Origin: an uncultured bacterium
GTDB taxonomy: Bacteria > Acidobacteriota > Thermoanaerobaculia > Multivoradales > JAHZIX01
Assembly (NCBI GenBank): GCA_965368975.1
Contig: CBDUPA010000018.1
Location: 85,999-149,998 of the forward strand
Direction of reading: 5' to 3'
DNA: 64,000 nucleotides
Notes under the pieces: model-generated
What the model saw: only the letters and a program-made list of their open reading frames with translations
What the model was told of the DNA's origin: nothing
Database searches by the model: none
Shown: positions 1 to 10,146 of the stretch, piece after piece
Layout: each line of letters begins with the position of its first letter
Position numbering within the stretch: position 1 is the stretch's first letter
Position numbers and translations under genes: made by a program

Positions 1-207
1 GTAACCCTGTCGCAGATTTTCGAGTGGTTCGCCGAAGACTTCCTCACCGATGAGCAGAATCAAGGCGCGGACGAACCGTCTGTCCTCTCCTACATCAACC
101 GCTACCGCGACGGCGCGGGACCGATCCCTGAAGACTATGCGGTGCGCTACTCTGAGTACGACAAGCGCATCAACAGCGTGGGTGTCGGAGCGCCAGCCGG
201 CCCCTGA
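1..207 (+). CDS. 3' end of a partial CDS, DUF547-like protein
   Basis: Frame 1 is open from base 1 to TGA at 205-207: VTLSQIFEWFAEDF...SYINRY...VRYSEYDKRIN. This resembles the DUF547 C-terminal pattern SxIFxWxxxDF...YDWxLN. Not in the ORF track because the start lies outside the window. Confidence 0.6.
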   Translation, partial: VTLSQIFEWFAEDFLTDEQNQGADEPSVLSYINRYRDGAGPIPEDYAVRYSEYDKRINSVGVGAPAGP

Positions 208-244
208 TCTATCCGATCGGCTGCCTACCCCTTAGAGTTTCCCC

Positions 245-2779
245 ATGATCGTTCAGAAATTCGGTGGTTCCTCCGTCGCCACACCGGACCGCATCCGCCG
301 CGTCGTCCAGATCGTCGCGAATGCCAGCACGCGTGGCCCCGTAGCGATCGTGGTCTCGGCACTCGGCGGCGCAACCGATGCTTTGCTCGACGCTGCCGCG
401 ACAGCGGCGCGCGGCGAGGCCGGCTGGCGCAGAGGGTTGAGTGACCTGGCACTGCGCCATCGCGACGCAGCGACCGAGTTGGCGCTGCCCGAAGAGTTGA
501 AGAACCTGCGCCTGCAACAAGAGGCCGCTTTCAGTGAGCTTGGCGACTTGTTGCACGGCATCGAGCTGGTGCGCGAGGCCAGCGCCCGCACACGCGACAG
601 TCTGAGCAGCTATGGCGAGCGGTTGTCCGCACCGCTGGTGGCAGCCGCGCTGCGCCGGCACGGCCTCGATGCCCGAGCCTGCGACGCCCGCGAGCTACTC
701 GTCACCGACGCCAGCTTCGGTCAGGCACGCGTCGACATCGAGCAAAGCTACCAACGGGTGCGCCAGCACTTCGAGTCTGCGGCGTCAAGAGCCGCCGGGG
801 CACCGATCCAGGTGGTGACCGGGTACATCGCGGCCACACCGCAGGGGGAAACGACGACGCTGGGTCGCGGCGGTTCGGACTACAGCGCGTCGCTGCTGGG
901 CGCGGCGCTCGCTGCCGAGGCGGTGGAACTGTGGACCGACGTCGACGGTGTGATGAGCGCCGACCCGCGCCTGGTCGGGGACGCACGCTCTTTGCCACAC
1001 TTGACGTACCCCGAGCTGATGGAGCTGTCGCACTTCGGCGCCAAAGTCGTGTATCCGCCGAGCGTCCACCCGACGCGCCAGGCGGGCGTACCGTTGCTGA
1101 TCCGCAACACGCTCAACCCAGATTTCGAGGGCACGCGCGTCACGGCTGAGCCACCAGCCGACACAGCACCGGACGGCACACCGCTGCCAGATGCCTGCGG
1201 AATCTCGGCCATTCGCAGTATCTCGCTCCTGCGCCTGGAAGGCGACGGCATGGTCGGGGTTCCGGGTATTGCCATGCGCCTCTTTGGGTCTCTGGCGCGG
1301 CGGGAAATCAACGTCATCCTGATCAGCCAGGCGTCCTCGGAACACTCGATCTGCTTCGCGGTGGCACCGGAAGCCGCGCAGGCGGCAGTCGACGCTCTGG
1401 ACGCCGAGTTCCAGCTCGAACAGCAAGTTGGCCTGATCGATCCGCCGCTGGTCGAAACGGGCCTGTCGGTGGTCGCCGTCGTCGGTGCGCGACTGCGTAG
1501 GCACGCGGGCGTTGCCGGCAAGATCTTTGCCGTCCTGGGTGACAACGGCGTCAACGTACGCGCCATCGCCCAGGGCTCCTCAGAGCTGAACGTATCGCTG
1601 GTGGTCTCCGAGACACGCCTGAAGGCGGCGCTCAACGCCCTGCATCGAGCCTTCTTCACCCCGCGACGCTGCGTCGAGGTCGCTCTCGCAGGCGTCGGTC
1701 GGGTCGGCGCCGCGCTACTGCAACAGTTGACGGAACAGGCACCTCGGCTGGTACAAGAGCTTGGCATCGAGCTGCGGCTGGTGGCCCTGGCCGGTCGGGC
1801 TGGCGTCCTGCGCGCCGCCGAAGGCGAATCCCTGGATTTCAGCACGGCGCTGGGTCAGCTGCGCCAAGCAGCCTCGGCCGGGCAACCCGCGCTGGACTCC
1901 TTGGAGGATCTGCGCCTGAGCTGGACACAGGACCCGCGACCAGGCCGAGTCTTCGTCGACTGCACCGCCTCCGCAGCCGTCGCCGCCGAACACGCAACGC
2001 TGCTGGCGGCGGGCGTCCATGTCGTCACCGCCAACAAGCTGAGAGTTGCCGGCAGCCTGGCCGACTACCGGCCGCTGATCTGGCCACGACGCCAAGCCCC
2101 CGGCCCTGCTGCCGGGCGTCTGTACTATGAAGCCACGGTGGGTGCAGGCTTGCCTGTGGTACGCACGCTGCAGGATCTGCGCCGTACGGGCGACCGTATT
2201 CAGCGCATCGAGGGCCTGTTCTCGGGCACCCTGAGCTTCCTCATGGATCGCTTGCACAGCGGGCTGAGCTTCAGCGCCGCGGTGCGCGAGGCACACGAGG
2301 CCGGCTACACCGAGCCCGATCCGCGCGAGGACCTCTCCGGCCGCGACGTCGCGCGCAAGCTGCTGATCCTCGCCCGCCTGGCCGGCTTCGAGATCGAACC
2401 GGAGGCCGTAGCGGTCGAGCCCTTGCTGCCCCCGGACCCCTGGGCTGCGTATTCTCTGGATGAGTTCTGGCAGCACTTGGATTCGCTCGATGCCGAGTTC
2501 GAGCAGCGACGAGTGGAGGCTGAAGCCGCGGGCCAGCGACTGTGCATCCTCGGCCGTCTGGATGCCGATGGCGCCACCGTCGAGCTGGCCGCTGTCGCCT
2601 CGGATCATCCCGCCGCCGCCGTGCGCGGCAGCGACAATCTGATTGCTTTCAGCACAGACCGGTACGACCCATCACCGCTGGTGGTGCGCGGACCGGGGGC
2701 TGGCCCCGCGGTGACCGCCGGTGGCGTCTTCTCGGACCTACTCCGAGCAGCGATCGAAATCCGCCGGGAAACGCCATGA
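245..2779 (+). CDS. thrA: Bifunctional aspartokinase/homoserine dehydrogenase I
   Basis: VQKFGGSS, TTLGRGGSDYSA and WTDVDGV motifs, two ACT repeats (SQASSE, AQGSSE), GVGRVG Rossmann motif, YEATVGAGLP, GYTEPDPREDLSG. Confidence 0.97.
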   Translation: MIVQKFGGSSVATPDRIRRVVQIVANASTRGPVAIVVSALGGATDALLDAAATAARGEAGWRRGLSDLALRHRDAATELALPEELKNLRLQQEAAFSELGDLLHGIELVREASARTRDSLSSYGERLSAPLVAAALRRHGLDARACDARELLVTDASFGQARVDIEQSYQRVRQHFESAASRAAGAPIQVVTGYIAATPQGETTTLGRGGSDYSASLLGAALAAEAVELWTDVDGVMSADPRLVGDARSLPHLTYPELMELSHFGAKVVYPPSVHPTRQAGVPLLIRNTLNPDFEGTRVTAEPPADTAPDGTPLPDACGISAIRSISLLRLEGDGMVGVPGIAMRLFGSLARREINVILISQASSEHSICFAVAPEAAQAAVDALDAEFQLEQQVGLIDPPLVETGLSVVAVVGARLRRHAGVAGKIFAVLGDNGVNVRAIAQGSSELNVSLVVSETRLKAALNALHRAFFTPRRCVEVALAGVGRVGAALLQQLTEQAPRLVQELGIELRLVALAGRAGVLRAAEGESLDFSTALGQLRQAASAGQPALDSLEDLRLSWTQDPRPGRVFVDCTASAAVAAEHATLLAAGVHVVTANKLRVAGSLADYRPLIWPRRQAPGPAAGRLYYEATVGAGLPVVRTLQDLRRTGDRIQRIEGLFSGTLSFLMDRLHSGLSFSAAVREAHEAGYTEPDPREDLSGRDVARKLLILARLAGFEIEPEAVAVEPLLPPDPWAAYSLDEFWQHLDSLDAEFEQRRVEAEAAGQRLCILGRLDADGATVELAAVASDHPAAAVRGSDNLIAFSTDRYDPSPLVVRGPGAGPAVTAGGVFSDLLRAAIEIRRETP

Positions 2780-3864
2780 GCTTCACGCGCATTCCCGTCG
2801 CCGTTCTCGGCGCCACCGGCAGTGTCGGTCAGCGCTTCGTCTCTCTGCTCGCCAACCACCCGTGGTTCGAGTTGCAGGCCGTCACCGCCTCCGAGCGCTC
2901 CGCGGGCTCGTTGTATGGTGACACGACCCAATGGCTGCAGACCACGCCGCTGCCGGCCTACATCGCGGGGCTGAAGGTCCTACCGACCGAGCCGCGGGCG
3001 GTGCTCGCCTCCGGGGTCCGGCTGGTGTTTTCGGCCCTGGGCAGCGACGTGGCGCGCCAGGTCGAGCGACCGCTGGCTGCGGCCGGTGCTCTGGTGGTGT
3101 CGAATGCTGGAGCTCACCGCATGGATCCGGACGTTCCGCTGGTGGTACCCGAGGTCAACCCCGATCACGTCAACCTGGCCGCCGCCGCTCAGGACAGCCC
3201 CGGAGCGCTGCTCACCAATCCCAACTGCTCCACCATCGGCCTGGTGATGGCGCTGAAACCGCTGGTCGACGCCTTTGGGCTGCGCACGGTCTCGGTGGTC
3301 ACTCTGCAAGCCGTCTCGGGCGCCGGCCTGCCCGGCGTGCCGAGCGTGCAGATCCTCGACAACCTCGTGCCCTACATCGGTGGCGAAGAAGAGAAGGTCG
3401 AGAGCGAGACACGCAAGATCCTCGGCACCCTGAGGAGACAGAGCATCACGCCACACCGCCTGGGGATCAGCGCTCAGTGCACGCGGGTGCCGGTGATCGA
3501 CGGCCACACCGCCTGCGTGTCGGTCGAATTGGACAGCGATGCAGATGCCGTAGAGCCCGCCGATGTCCTCGCTGCCTGGCGCGACTTCACGGCCGCACCG
3601 CAGCAGCTCGGCCTGCCGACAGCTCCACGCCGCCCGGTGCACGTACTCGACGAGGTAGACGCACCGCAACCGCGCCTGCACCGCGATCTCGACGGCGGCA
3701 TGGCCGCCAGCGTCGGCCGCCTGCGTCACTGCCCGCTGCTGCACTACAAGTTCGTCACCCTGTCGCACAACACTCTGCGCGGCGCCGCGGGCGGCTCCTT
3801 GCTGCTCGCCGAACTGGCCGTCGCACGAGGCTTGCTGCAGGGCGTCACGCCACCCCAGAGCTGA
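2776..3864 (+). CDS. asd: Aspartate-semialdehyde dehydrogenase (archaeal/eukaryote-like subtype)
   Basis: VLGATGSVGQRF, NPNCST catalytic Cys, QAVSGAG, RVPVIDGH, HNTLRGAAGG; ATG at 2776 overlaps the thrA stop (ATGA). Confidence 0.95.
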   Translation: MSFTRIPVAVLGATGSVGQRFVSLLANHPWFELQAVTASERSAGSLYGDTTQWLQTTPLPAYIAGLKVLPTEPRAVLASGVRLVFSALGSDVARQVERPLAAAGALVVSNAGAHRMDPDVPLVVPEVNPDHVNLAAAAQDSPGALLTNPNCSTIGLVMALKPLVDAFGLRTVSVVTLQAVSGAGLPGVPSVQILDNLVPYIGGEEEKVESETRKILGTLRRQSITPHRLGISAQCTRVPVIDGHTACVSVELDSDADAVEPADVLAAWRDFTAAPQQLGLPTAPRRPVHVLDEVDAPQPRLHRDLDGGMAASVGRLRHCPLLHYKFVTLSHNTLRGAAGGSLLLAELAVARGLLQGVTPPQS

Positions 3865-3877
3865 GACGGGAGCCACC

Positions 3878-4873
3878 GTGGACCCACACCAGACTGTACG
3901 AGCCTTCGCCCCGGGATCGGTGTCCAACGTCGGTCCCGGCTTCGATGTCTTCGGTTTCGCCGTCGACGGCGTGGGCGACACCGTAGAAGCACGCCGCCGC
4001 GAGCAACCCGGAGTCGTCCTGACCGACATCACCGGTGACGGGGGTCGTCTGCCGCGCGAGGCTGAGCGCAACACCGCCGGCATCGCTGCCCTGCAGCTCT
4101 TGCGGGCCGCCCGCGAGCGGATGCAGCTGGAAGGTGCCAGTAGCGAGCTGCCCGGCGTCGAGCTGACGCTACACAAGGGCATGCCGCTGGCCAGCGGTCT
4201 CGGTTCCAGCGCCGCCAGCGCCGTCGCCGCGGTGGTCGCCGTCGACGCACTGCTCGGTACCACCCTGCCCCAGGAGACACTGCTGCGCTGTGCCGTCGAG
4301 GGCGAGCGCGTGGCCTGCGGCTCGGCGCACGCGGACAACGCCGCACCGTCACTCTACGGCGGCTTCGTGCTGGTGCGCGGCGCGCCCGCGGGCGGTGACG
4401 CTGGCGCTCATGGAGTCACGCAGCTGCCGGTACCAGAAGGACTGACCTGCGCCCTGCTGCATCCGCACGTCGAGGTCGAGACCCGCGCCGCACGCGAGGC
4501 CCTCGGCGACCGCGTGGCGCTGGCCGCCGCGGTGCGCCAGTGGGGCAATGCCGCCGCCCTCGTAGCATCGCTGTTCCGTGGTGATCTCGACTTGCTCGCT
4601 TCGGCGCTCGAAGATAGCGTCGCCGAGCCAGTGCGCGCCCGCTTCGTGCCCGGTTTTGCGGCCGTGCGCGCCGCCGCCCTGGACGCCGGGGCCCTCGGCT
4701 GCGGCCTGTCCGGCTCGGGGCCGACGATCTTCGCCCTGACCCGCGGCCGGGCCGGCGACATCGCGACAGCCATGCGCGAGGCTCTGACCGCTGCCACCGG
4801 CATCGATGGCGATCTCTTCACCTCCGACGTCGACGCCCCAGGTGCGCGCGTGGTCGACATTGAGAACGGGTGA
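3878..4873 (+). CDS. thrB: Homoserine kinase
   Basis: PGSVSNVGPGFD, GHMP motif PLASGLGSSAAS, HADNAAP, LSGSGPT; position in the thr operon. Confidence 0.95.
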   Translation: MDPHQTVRAFAPGSVSNVGPGFDVFGFAVDGVGDTVEARRREQPGVVLTDITGDGGRLPREAERNTAGIAALQLLRAARERMQLEGASSELPGVELTLHKGMPLASGLGSSAASAVAAVVAVDALLGTTLPQETLLRCAVEGERVACGSAHADNAAPSLYGGFVLVRGAPAGGDAGAHGVTQLPVPEGLTCALLHPHVEVETRAAREALGDRVALAAAVRQWGNAAALVASLFRGDLDLLASALEDSVAEPVRARFVPGFAAVRAAALDAGALGCGLSGSGPTIFALTRGRAGDIATAMREALTAATGIDGDLFTSDVDAPGARVVDIENG

Positions 4874-4880
4874 GGCCGCG

Positions 4881-6227
4881 ATGCGCTACCTGAGCACGCA
4901 CGGAAACAGCCCGCCGGCCTCTCTGATCGAGGCCCTGACGCGAGGCCTGGCACCGGACGGCGGTTTGTACGTGCCGGAACACTTTCCGAACCCCGCCTTG
5001 CCGGATGCGGCTTCGCCGGATGCACCCGTTTCTCCAGATGCGCTAGCAGCCGCGGCCAGCGCCACTCTGCTCCAGCCTTTCGTGCAGGAACTCTCGCACG
5101 ACGAACTCCGTGCACTACTCGCCGAGGCCCTCGACTTCCCCATCCCTTTGCTGCAAGTGAGCGAGCGCATCTATGTGCTGGAGCTGTTCCACGGCCCAAC
5201 GCTGGCCTTCAAGGATGTCGGAGCCCGCGTTATGGCACGCCTGCTGGCGCGCCTGGGTGGCACTGCCGAGTCCACAGACAGCAACAACGCAGACTGCCCC
5301 GTGACCATCCTCGCTGCCACCTCCGGAGACACCGGCGGTGCCGTCGCCGATGCTTTCCACGGCGTCGCCGGCACACGCGTCGCGGTGCTCTACCCGCGCG
5401 GCAAGGTCAGTGCACTGCAGGAACGGCAGTTCGCGACGCTGGGCGGCAACGTGCGCGCCTTCGCCGTCGAGGGAACGTTCGATGACTGCCAGCGGCTCGT
5501 CAAGGGGGCCTTCGCCGATGCCGAGTTGCACCGGCGCTTGCGTCTGACCTCGGCCAACTCGATCAACCTCGGTCGCCTGCTGCCGCAGATGCTCTACTAC
5601 TTTCATGCGGTGACCGAACTGCGCCGCCTGGGGAAGCTACCCTTGCGAGCCGAGGCCCTTCGCTTCGCCGTGCCGAGCGGCAACTTCGGCAACTTGACGG
5701 CCGGCCTCTACGCCCGGCAGCTCGGCCTGCCGTGCGGCCGCTTCATCGCCGCCACCAACGCCAACGACGTCGTGCCCGAGTACCTGCAAGCTGGTGTCTA
5801 CACGCCGCGTCCCTCCGTCGCCACCCTGAGCAATGCCATGGACGTCGGCGATCCGAGCAACCTAGCCCGGATCTTGCACCTCTTCGACCGCGACCTCGAC
5901 GCCATCCGCCGGCACGTCGAGGCCCGGCGCTGGGACGACAACGCTACCCGCGACGCCATTCGTCAGCTGACCCGCGAACACGACTACATCGCCGATCCGC
6001 ACACCGCTGTCGGCTGGCTCGGTGCACAAGCGGCACTGCAGGACGACGAGATCGGCATCGTGCTGGCCACAGCCCACCCGGCCAAGTTCCGAGAGGCTGT
6101 GGAGCCCCTCGTCGGCCACCCGCTAGACGTTCCCGACCGCCTCGCCGCCGGACTCGATCGTCCGCTGCTCAGCCAGCCTCTGGTCGCCGACAGCTGCGCC
6201 TTCGAGCAGGCTCTCGTGGCCTGGTAG
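4881..6227 (+). CDS. thrC: Threonine synthase
   Basis: GLAPDGGLY, LELFHGPTLAFKDVG (PLP Lys), ATSGDTG, SANSINLGR, PSGNFGN, TAHPAKF; ATG at 4881. Confidence 0.96.
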   Translation: MRYLSTHGNSPPASLIEALTRGLAPDGGLYVPEHFPNPALPDAASPDAPVSPDALAAAASATLLQPFVQELSHDELRALLAEALDFPIPLLQVSERIYVLELFHGPTLAFKDVGARVMARLLARLGGTAESTDSNNADCPVTILAATSGDTGGAVADAFHGVAGTRVAVLYPRGKVSALQERQFATLGGNVRAFAVEGTFDDCQRLVKGAFADAELHRRLRLTSANSINLGRLLPQMLYYFHAVTELRRLGKLPLRAEALRFAVPSGNFGNLTAGLYARQLGLPCGRFIAATNANDVVPEYLQAGVYTPRPSVATLSNAMDVGDPSNLARILHLFDRDLDAIRRHVEARRWDDNATRDAIRQLTREHDYIADPHTAVGWLGAQAALQDDEIGIVLATAHPAKFREAVEPLVGHPLDVPDRLAAGLDRPLLSQPLVADSCAFEQALVAW

Positions 6228-6305
6228 CCTTCCAGGCTGTCGCGGCTAGTAGCCTTCCAGGCTGTCGCGGCTAGTAGCCTTCAAGGTTCTCGCGGCTAGT
6301 AGCCT
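6225..6305. repeat. 25-bp tandem repeat, three copies plus a partial fourth, starting at the thrC stop codon
   Basis: TAGCCTTCCAGGCTGTCGCGGCTAG twice, then TAGCCTTCAAGGTTCTCGCGGCTAG, then TAGCCT; the unit ends are self-complementary (TAGCC/GGCTA). Confidence 0.9.
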
Positions 6306-6356
6306 CGACCTCTGCTGCCAACCACCGGGTAGGCGGGCCGCACAGCACAAATCCCC

Positions 6357-6385
6357 TGTACAGCAAAAAAGCACTGTGCTAGCCT
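6357..6385 (+). promoter_or_regulatory. Putative sigma70 promoter with extended -10
   Basis: TGTACA (6357-6362), 17-nt spacer, TG-c-TAGCCT (6377-6385), in an AT-richer intergenic patch. Confidence 0.45.
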
Positions 6386-6389
6386 TATG

Positions 6390-6618
6390 CACATGTGATG
6401 ATTTCAGGGCACTCCTCCAGAGTGTCCGTACTGGTGTCTACACCAGTGCACTGCAAACTACAGGGTCCTGAACACAATTCCATGCATCCGGCGCAGTGCG
6501 TCGCGTACGAGCGCTGTCAGCGTCGAACATAAGCCTATCCCCCCAGGGTTATACCCAGGGAAACTCTGAAATCTGTGGAACTGCCTCCGTTCACGATCTG
6601 GACGGAGGCACTTTTTTT
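6390..6618 (+). ncRNA. Candidate structured small RNA of about 190-230 nt, 6S-sized, identity unassigned
   Basis: GATTTCAGGG (6400-6409) pairs with CTCTGAAATC (6564-6573); nested stems AGTGTCCGTAC/GTACGAGCGCT and GCACTGC/GCAGTGC; promoter-like element upstream and intrinsic terminator downstream. Confidence 0.5.
6582..6618 (+). terminator. Rho-independent terminator
   Basis: Stem TGCCTCCGTTC / GGACGGAGGCA with a 7-nt loop, followed by C and T7. Confidence 0.85.
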
Positions 6619-6637
6619 CCCGGCAGAAAGACCCCCA

Positions 6638-8317
6638 TCAAGGCTGGCGGCGGAAGCGTCCGCTCAGGCGCCCCGTCCAAGTGCGCAGTTCCGGCAGGTC
6701 CAGCCACCAGGCCAGCAGCAAATAGCCACTGGCAAAAACTCCCAGGATGACTGGACCGCTGGCCAGGATCGGCCAGGGCGGCAAGAACCACCACAGCAGT
6801 GCCGCCGGCAGCGTCGCGGCGAGCGCCAGCGCCAAGAGCTTGCCGACGACCGCTGTCGGCAGTCGGAATTCCGGTAGCCTGAGGCGCAGCGAGCGACTCA
6901 GCAGCGCGACTTCGAGCCAGGCTCCGACCGCTGAACCCAGGGCCAGCCCGGGGGCCCCCAGGAACAGCATCCGCTCCTCGTCCGCGAGATCGAGGCGCAG
7001 CAAGTCGGCGACGGCGAAGCGGTCGAGCCAGTACATTGCTGCCGCCCCCACAACCGCGGCGACGGCGACGCGCATGCCCGCAATGCGCGCCGGCGTCTTG
7101 GTGTCGCGCAGGGCAAAGAAGAGATTCTGCAGCAGGCGCGACGCCGCGCTGCCGGGCAACCCGAGCGTGTAGGCGCACAGCACCAGATAGACCAGCCAGT
7201 TGTCCTGCAGCCCGAACTGGCCGTGGCGGAACATGACGCCCACGAGCAAGAAACCGAAAGCCAGATAGCCGATAGTCGTCGGCGCCACCAGGAAGGCGAT
7301 CTGGCGCAAACCCACCTGGCTACGCTCGACCAGCTTGCCTCGGGCCTCCGCGTCTCCCGCCCCCTCGCCAGCGCCACGCGCCCGGGACAACTCCGGCAAC
7401 TCGGCCGCCGCGACCGACATGGCGAACAGGCTGATCGGCAGCGCGTAGAGGATCGAGCCCCAACGAATCGCGCCCAGCGCCCCCACTGCCAGCAGAGTCG
7501 CCAGCAAGTGGTCGAGATAGAGTGACAGTTGCACAACCCCCCGCCCCGCCAGCGCCGGCCCGAAGGCGCGCAGCACGCCGCGAACCCCGGCAACTCGAGT
7601 CGAGAAGGAGAGCCGGAAACCGCGCAGCAGGCGTGCCGCTGACGGCACCTGGACGAAGAACTGCAGTCCCCCCCCGATCAGCGCTCCGAAACAGGCAGCG
7701 AACAGCACCCGCGTGCGTGCCGCATCGCCGGCACCGGCCGTCAACCAGGGACCGCCCGCCCACAGCACGGCCGCGATGACCGCGGCGTTCCACAGGACCG
7801 GTGCGAAGTACGGCAGGAAGAAGCGTCGGTGGCTGTTGAGCACACCTAGCGTCCAGGCACTGAGCACCAGCAAGCCGGTCATCGGGAAGATGATGCGCAC
7901 CATCGAGACCGCCAGCTCGAAGCGGTCGACGGTCAGCTCACCAGCGGCTACCGCTTCGGCGTCACCAAGGTAGCCGGCGGCGAAGATCGCCACCAGCGGC
8001 CGCGCCAGCAGAATGCCGAGCAGCGTCAGAAGCGCGGCGAGCGCCAACAGCAGGCCGAAGATGGCGCCGGCCAGCCGGCCTGCCTCTTCCTCCTTGCCCT
8101 CTTCGAGCAGGCGCGCGTACGCTGGGATGAAGGCTGCACTCAGGCTTTGCTCACCGAGCAACACCTGCAGCGCGTTGGGAGCCCGGAAGGCGGTGGTCAG
8201 AACGTCCGCGTGCGGGCTGACACCGAAGCTGAACGCCAGCACCTGCTCGCGGATCAGCCCGGCAATGCGGCTGGAGAAGATGCCAGCAGCGACCTGGACG
8301 GCCCGATTCTGGCTCAC
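6638..8317 (-). CDS. murJ: Lipid II flippase MurJ (MviN)
   Basis: SRIAGLIRE, AFRAPNALQVLLGEQSLSAAFIP, LPISLF, FFALRDTKTP; many TM helices. Confidence 0.93.
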   Translation of the reverse strand: MSQNRAVQVAAGIFSSRIAGLIREQVLAFSFGVSPHADVLTTAFRAPNALQVLLGEQSLSAAFIPAYARLLEEGKEEEAGRLAGAIFGLLLALAALLTLLGILLARPLVAIFAAGYLGDAEAVAAGELTVDRFELAVSMVRIIFPMTGLLVLSAWTLGVLNSHRRFFLPYFAPVLWNAAVIAAVLWAGGPWLTAGAGDAARTRVLFAACFGALIGGGLQFFVQVPSAARLLRGFRLSFSTRVAGVRGVLRAFGPALAGRGVVQLSLYLDHLLATLLAVGALGAIRWGSILYALPISLFAMSVAAAELPELSRARGAGEGAGDAEARGKLVERSQVGLRQIAFLVAPTTIGYLAFGFLLVGVMFRHGQFGLQDNWLVYLVLCAYTLGLPGSAASRLLQNLFFALRDTKTPARIAGMRVAVAAVVGAAAMYWLDRFAVADLLRLDLADEERMLFLGAPGLALGSAVGAWLEVALLSRSLRLRLPEFRLPTAVVGKLLALALAATLPAALLWWFLPPWPILASGPVILGVFASGYLLLAWWLDLPELRTWTGRLSGRFRRQP

Positions 8318-10146
8318 ATCGAGATCGACCCTTTGCGAAAGTCGGTCTTCCCCAAGAGGACATTGACCAGCACCGGGGAGCCTTCCTTCGCCAGCCGCTT
8401 GGCCTCAGCAAGGACGGAGGGTAGCTCGCTCTCGTGCTCAATCTTCAAACCCTTGGCCTCGACACGCTGGCTGGCACCGTCCGACGCGCGCTCGGCGCTG
8501 AACGCCTCGACCACGCGGTGGTAGTCGGTGCGTTCGAGAATGCAGCCGACGTCGTCTTCCAGGATCTCGATCTGCTCGCGCAGGATCTGCATCCAAGCAC
8601 CATCGTTGCCGACCACCGCGATCACCGGGATACCGTGGCGCACGAAGGTGTCGAACTCGGCGATCGTGTAGCCAACGGAGCCGTCACCGTAGAGGATCCA
8701 GGTTTCAGCCTCTGGGCGGCAGAGCTTGGCGCCGAGGGCGAAACCAGCACCAACGCCGAGAGTCCCGAAGGCGCCCGGGTCGAGCCAGCGCAAGGGGCCC
8801 CGCGGCTGGACGATGTAGGCGGCGGTACCAACGAAGTCCCCACCGTCGGCGATCAGCACGCTATCGTCGTCGAGCACGTCTTCGAGCGCTCGGCACACCG
8901 CCAGCGGGTTGCAGTTGTCGTCCGCCCCACCACCCGAGGCGGGCGCGCTCGCCTGTTCGGCGATCTGGGCGTTGCGCTCATCATCGCGCTGGCGCAGACT
9001 GGCCAGCCAGTCGCTCCACTCGTCGCCGTCGCGCTCCACCTGGCCCGCCAGCGTCTCGATGAAGAGACCGGCATCGGCACGGATGCCGAGGGTCGGCTTG
9101 CGGTTGAGCTTGAGATCCTGGGCACTACGGTTGACCGAGATCAAGGCGGCGCGCGCGTTGATGCTGCGGCCGTAGTCGAGCCGGAAGTCGCACGGGAACC
9201 CGGCCAAGATAACGACGTCAGCTTCCTTCAGCGCCAGCTTGCGCTTGTGCCGCAGCTGCAGCGGATGGTCCTTGCCCAGAAGACCGCGGGCCATGCCGGC
9301 CAGGTAGGTGGGCACACCCAGGTCGGTGATCGCGGTGGCCAGACGAGCGGCGGCCTCGGGACCGCCGAGCATGGCCTGGCTGCCGACCACCAGGACCGGT
9401 CGCTCCGCCTTGGCCAGGAAGCCAAAGGCCGATTCGAGGTCGGCCTCGCGCGTCTCGGGACGGTTGACGCATCGCGCTTCGGCATGCGGCACGATGTCGC
9501 AGGCGCCGGCGAAGAGCTTGTTCAAGTGCCGATCGACGTACCATTTCTGCAGTCGCTGCCCCAAGTTCTTGGGCTGCTGCCCTTCGCCCTGGAACGGATA
9601 GAGGCTGCGCACGGCTGGTTCGTCGTAGAGAAGATCGACCGGGCACTCGACGAAGACCGGCCCGGGCACATCGGCTTGGGCGACCAGCAGTGCCCGTTCG
9701 ATGGTGGGGACCAGGTCGCGCACACGACGCACGGAAGTGGCCCACTTGGTGTGCGGCTTGAACAGGGCCAACTGGTCGATGTCCTGCAACGAACCACGCC
9801 CCATCAGCAGGGTCGCGGTGGCCCCTCCCAGCAGCACCACCGGTGACTGCGCCAGCTGCGCATTCTTGATTGCGGTGATGGTGTTGGTGACACCGGGCCC
9901 GGCGGTGACCGCGGCGACGCCCGAACGGCCGGTCAAGCGAGCCACGGCATCGGCGGCGAACACCGCGTTGACTTCGTGACGCACGTCGACGACGCGGATA
10001 CCCAGCCGCTTGGCGGCCACCAAGATCGGCGAGATGTGACCACCGCAGAGAGTGAAGAGAAACTCGGTGCCCTGGTTCTTCAGCACCTGGGCGATCAGCT
10101 CACCACCGTTCGGGCTACCGCCCGCCGCCACCGCATCTTGGCTCAT
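8314..10146 (-). CDS. ThDP-dependent acetolactate-synthase-like enzyme (IlvB-like/ILVBL, 2-hydroxyacyl-CoA lyase-like)
   Basis: [54 protein letters not shown]...GND ThDP motif, C-terminal DFRKGSISM; start at ATG 10146 (the ORF-track extension to 10500 overlaps the thioesterase). Confidence 0.85.
   Translation of the reverse strand: MSQDAVAAGGSPNGGELIAQVLKNQGTEFLFTLCGGHISPILVAAKRLGIRVVDVRHEVNAVFAADAVARLTGRSGVAAVTAGPGVTNTITAIKNAQLAQSPVVLLGGATATLLMGRGSLQDIDQLALFKPHTKWATSVRRVRDLVPTIERALLVAQADVPGPVFVECPVDLLYDEPAVRSLYPFQGEGQQPKNLGQRLQKWYVDRHLNKLFAGACDIVPHAEARCVNRPETREADLESAFGFLAKAERPVLVVGSQAMLGGPEAAARLATAITDLGVPTYLAGMARGLLGKDHPLQLRHKRKLALKEADVVILAGFPCDFRLDYGRSINARAALISVNRSAQDLKLNRKPTLGIRADAGLFIETLAGQVERDGDEWSDWLASLRQRDDERNAQIAEQASAPASGGGADDNCNPLAVCRALEDVLDDDSVLIADGGDFVGTAAYIVQPRGPLRWLDPGAFGTLGVGAGFALGAKLCRPEAETWILYGDGSVGYTIAEFDTFVRHGIPVIAVVGNDGAWMQILREQIEILEDDVGCILERTDYHRVVEAFSAERASDGASQRVEAKGLKIEHESELPSVLAEAKRLAKEGSPVLVNVLLGKTDFRKGSISM

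Noticed and set aside
208-244. thr leader peptide or attenuator before thrA
   Set aside because: Only 37 nt separate the upstream stop from thrA; no Thr/Ile-rich ORF or terminator.
6225-6305. 25-bp palindromic repeats as a CRISPR array
   Set aside because: Units are directly adjacent with no spacers, and there are no cas genes in the window.
6398-6532. 44-aa ORF MISGHSSRV...CQRRT inside the candidate ncRNA
   Set aside because: No RBS, atypical codon usage and no leader similarity to peptides A/B; cannot be fully excluded as leaderless.
6340-6600. Possible oriC (TTATGCACA at 6385-6393 fits TTATNCACA; weaker TTATACCCA nearby)
   Set aside because: Only one consensus box, no dnaA/dnaN/gidA context and no clear DUE; promoter plus structured RNA plus terminator explains the region better.
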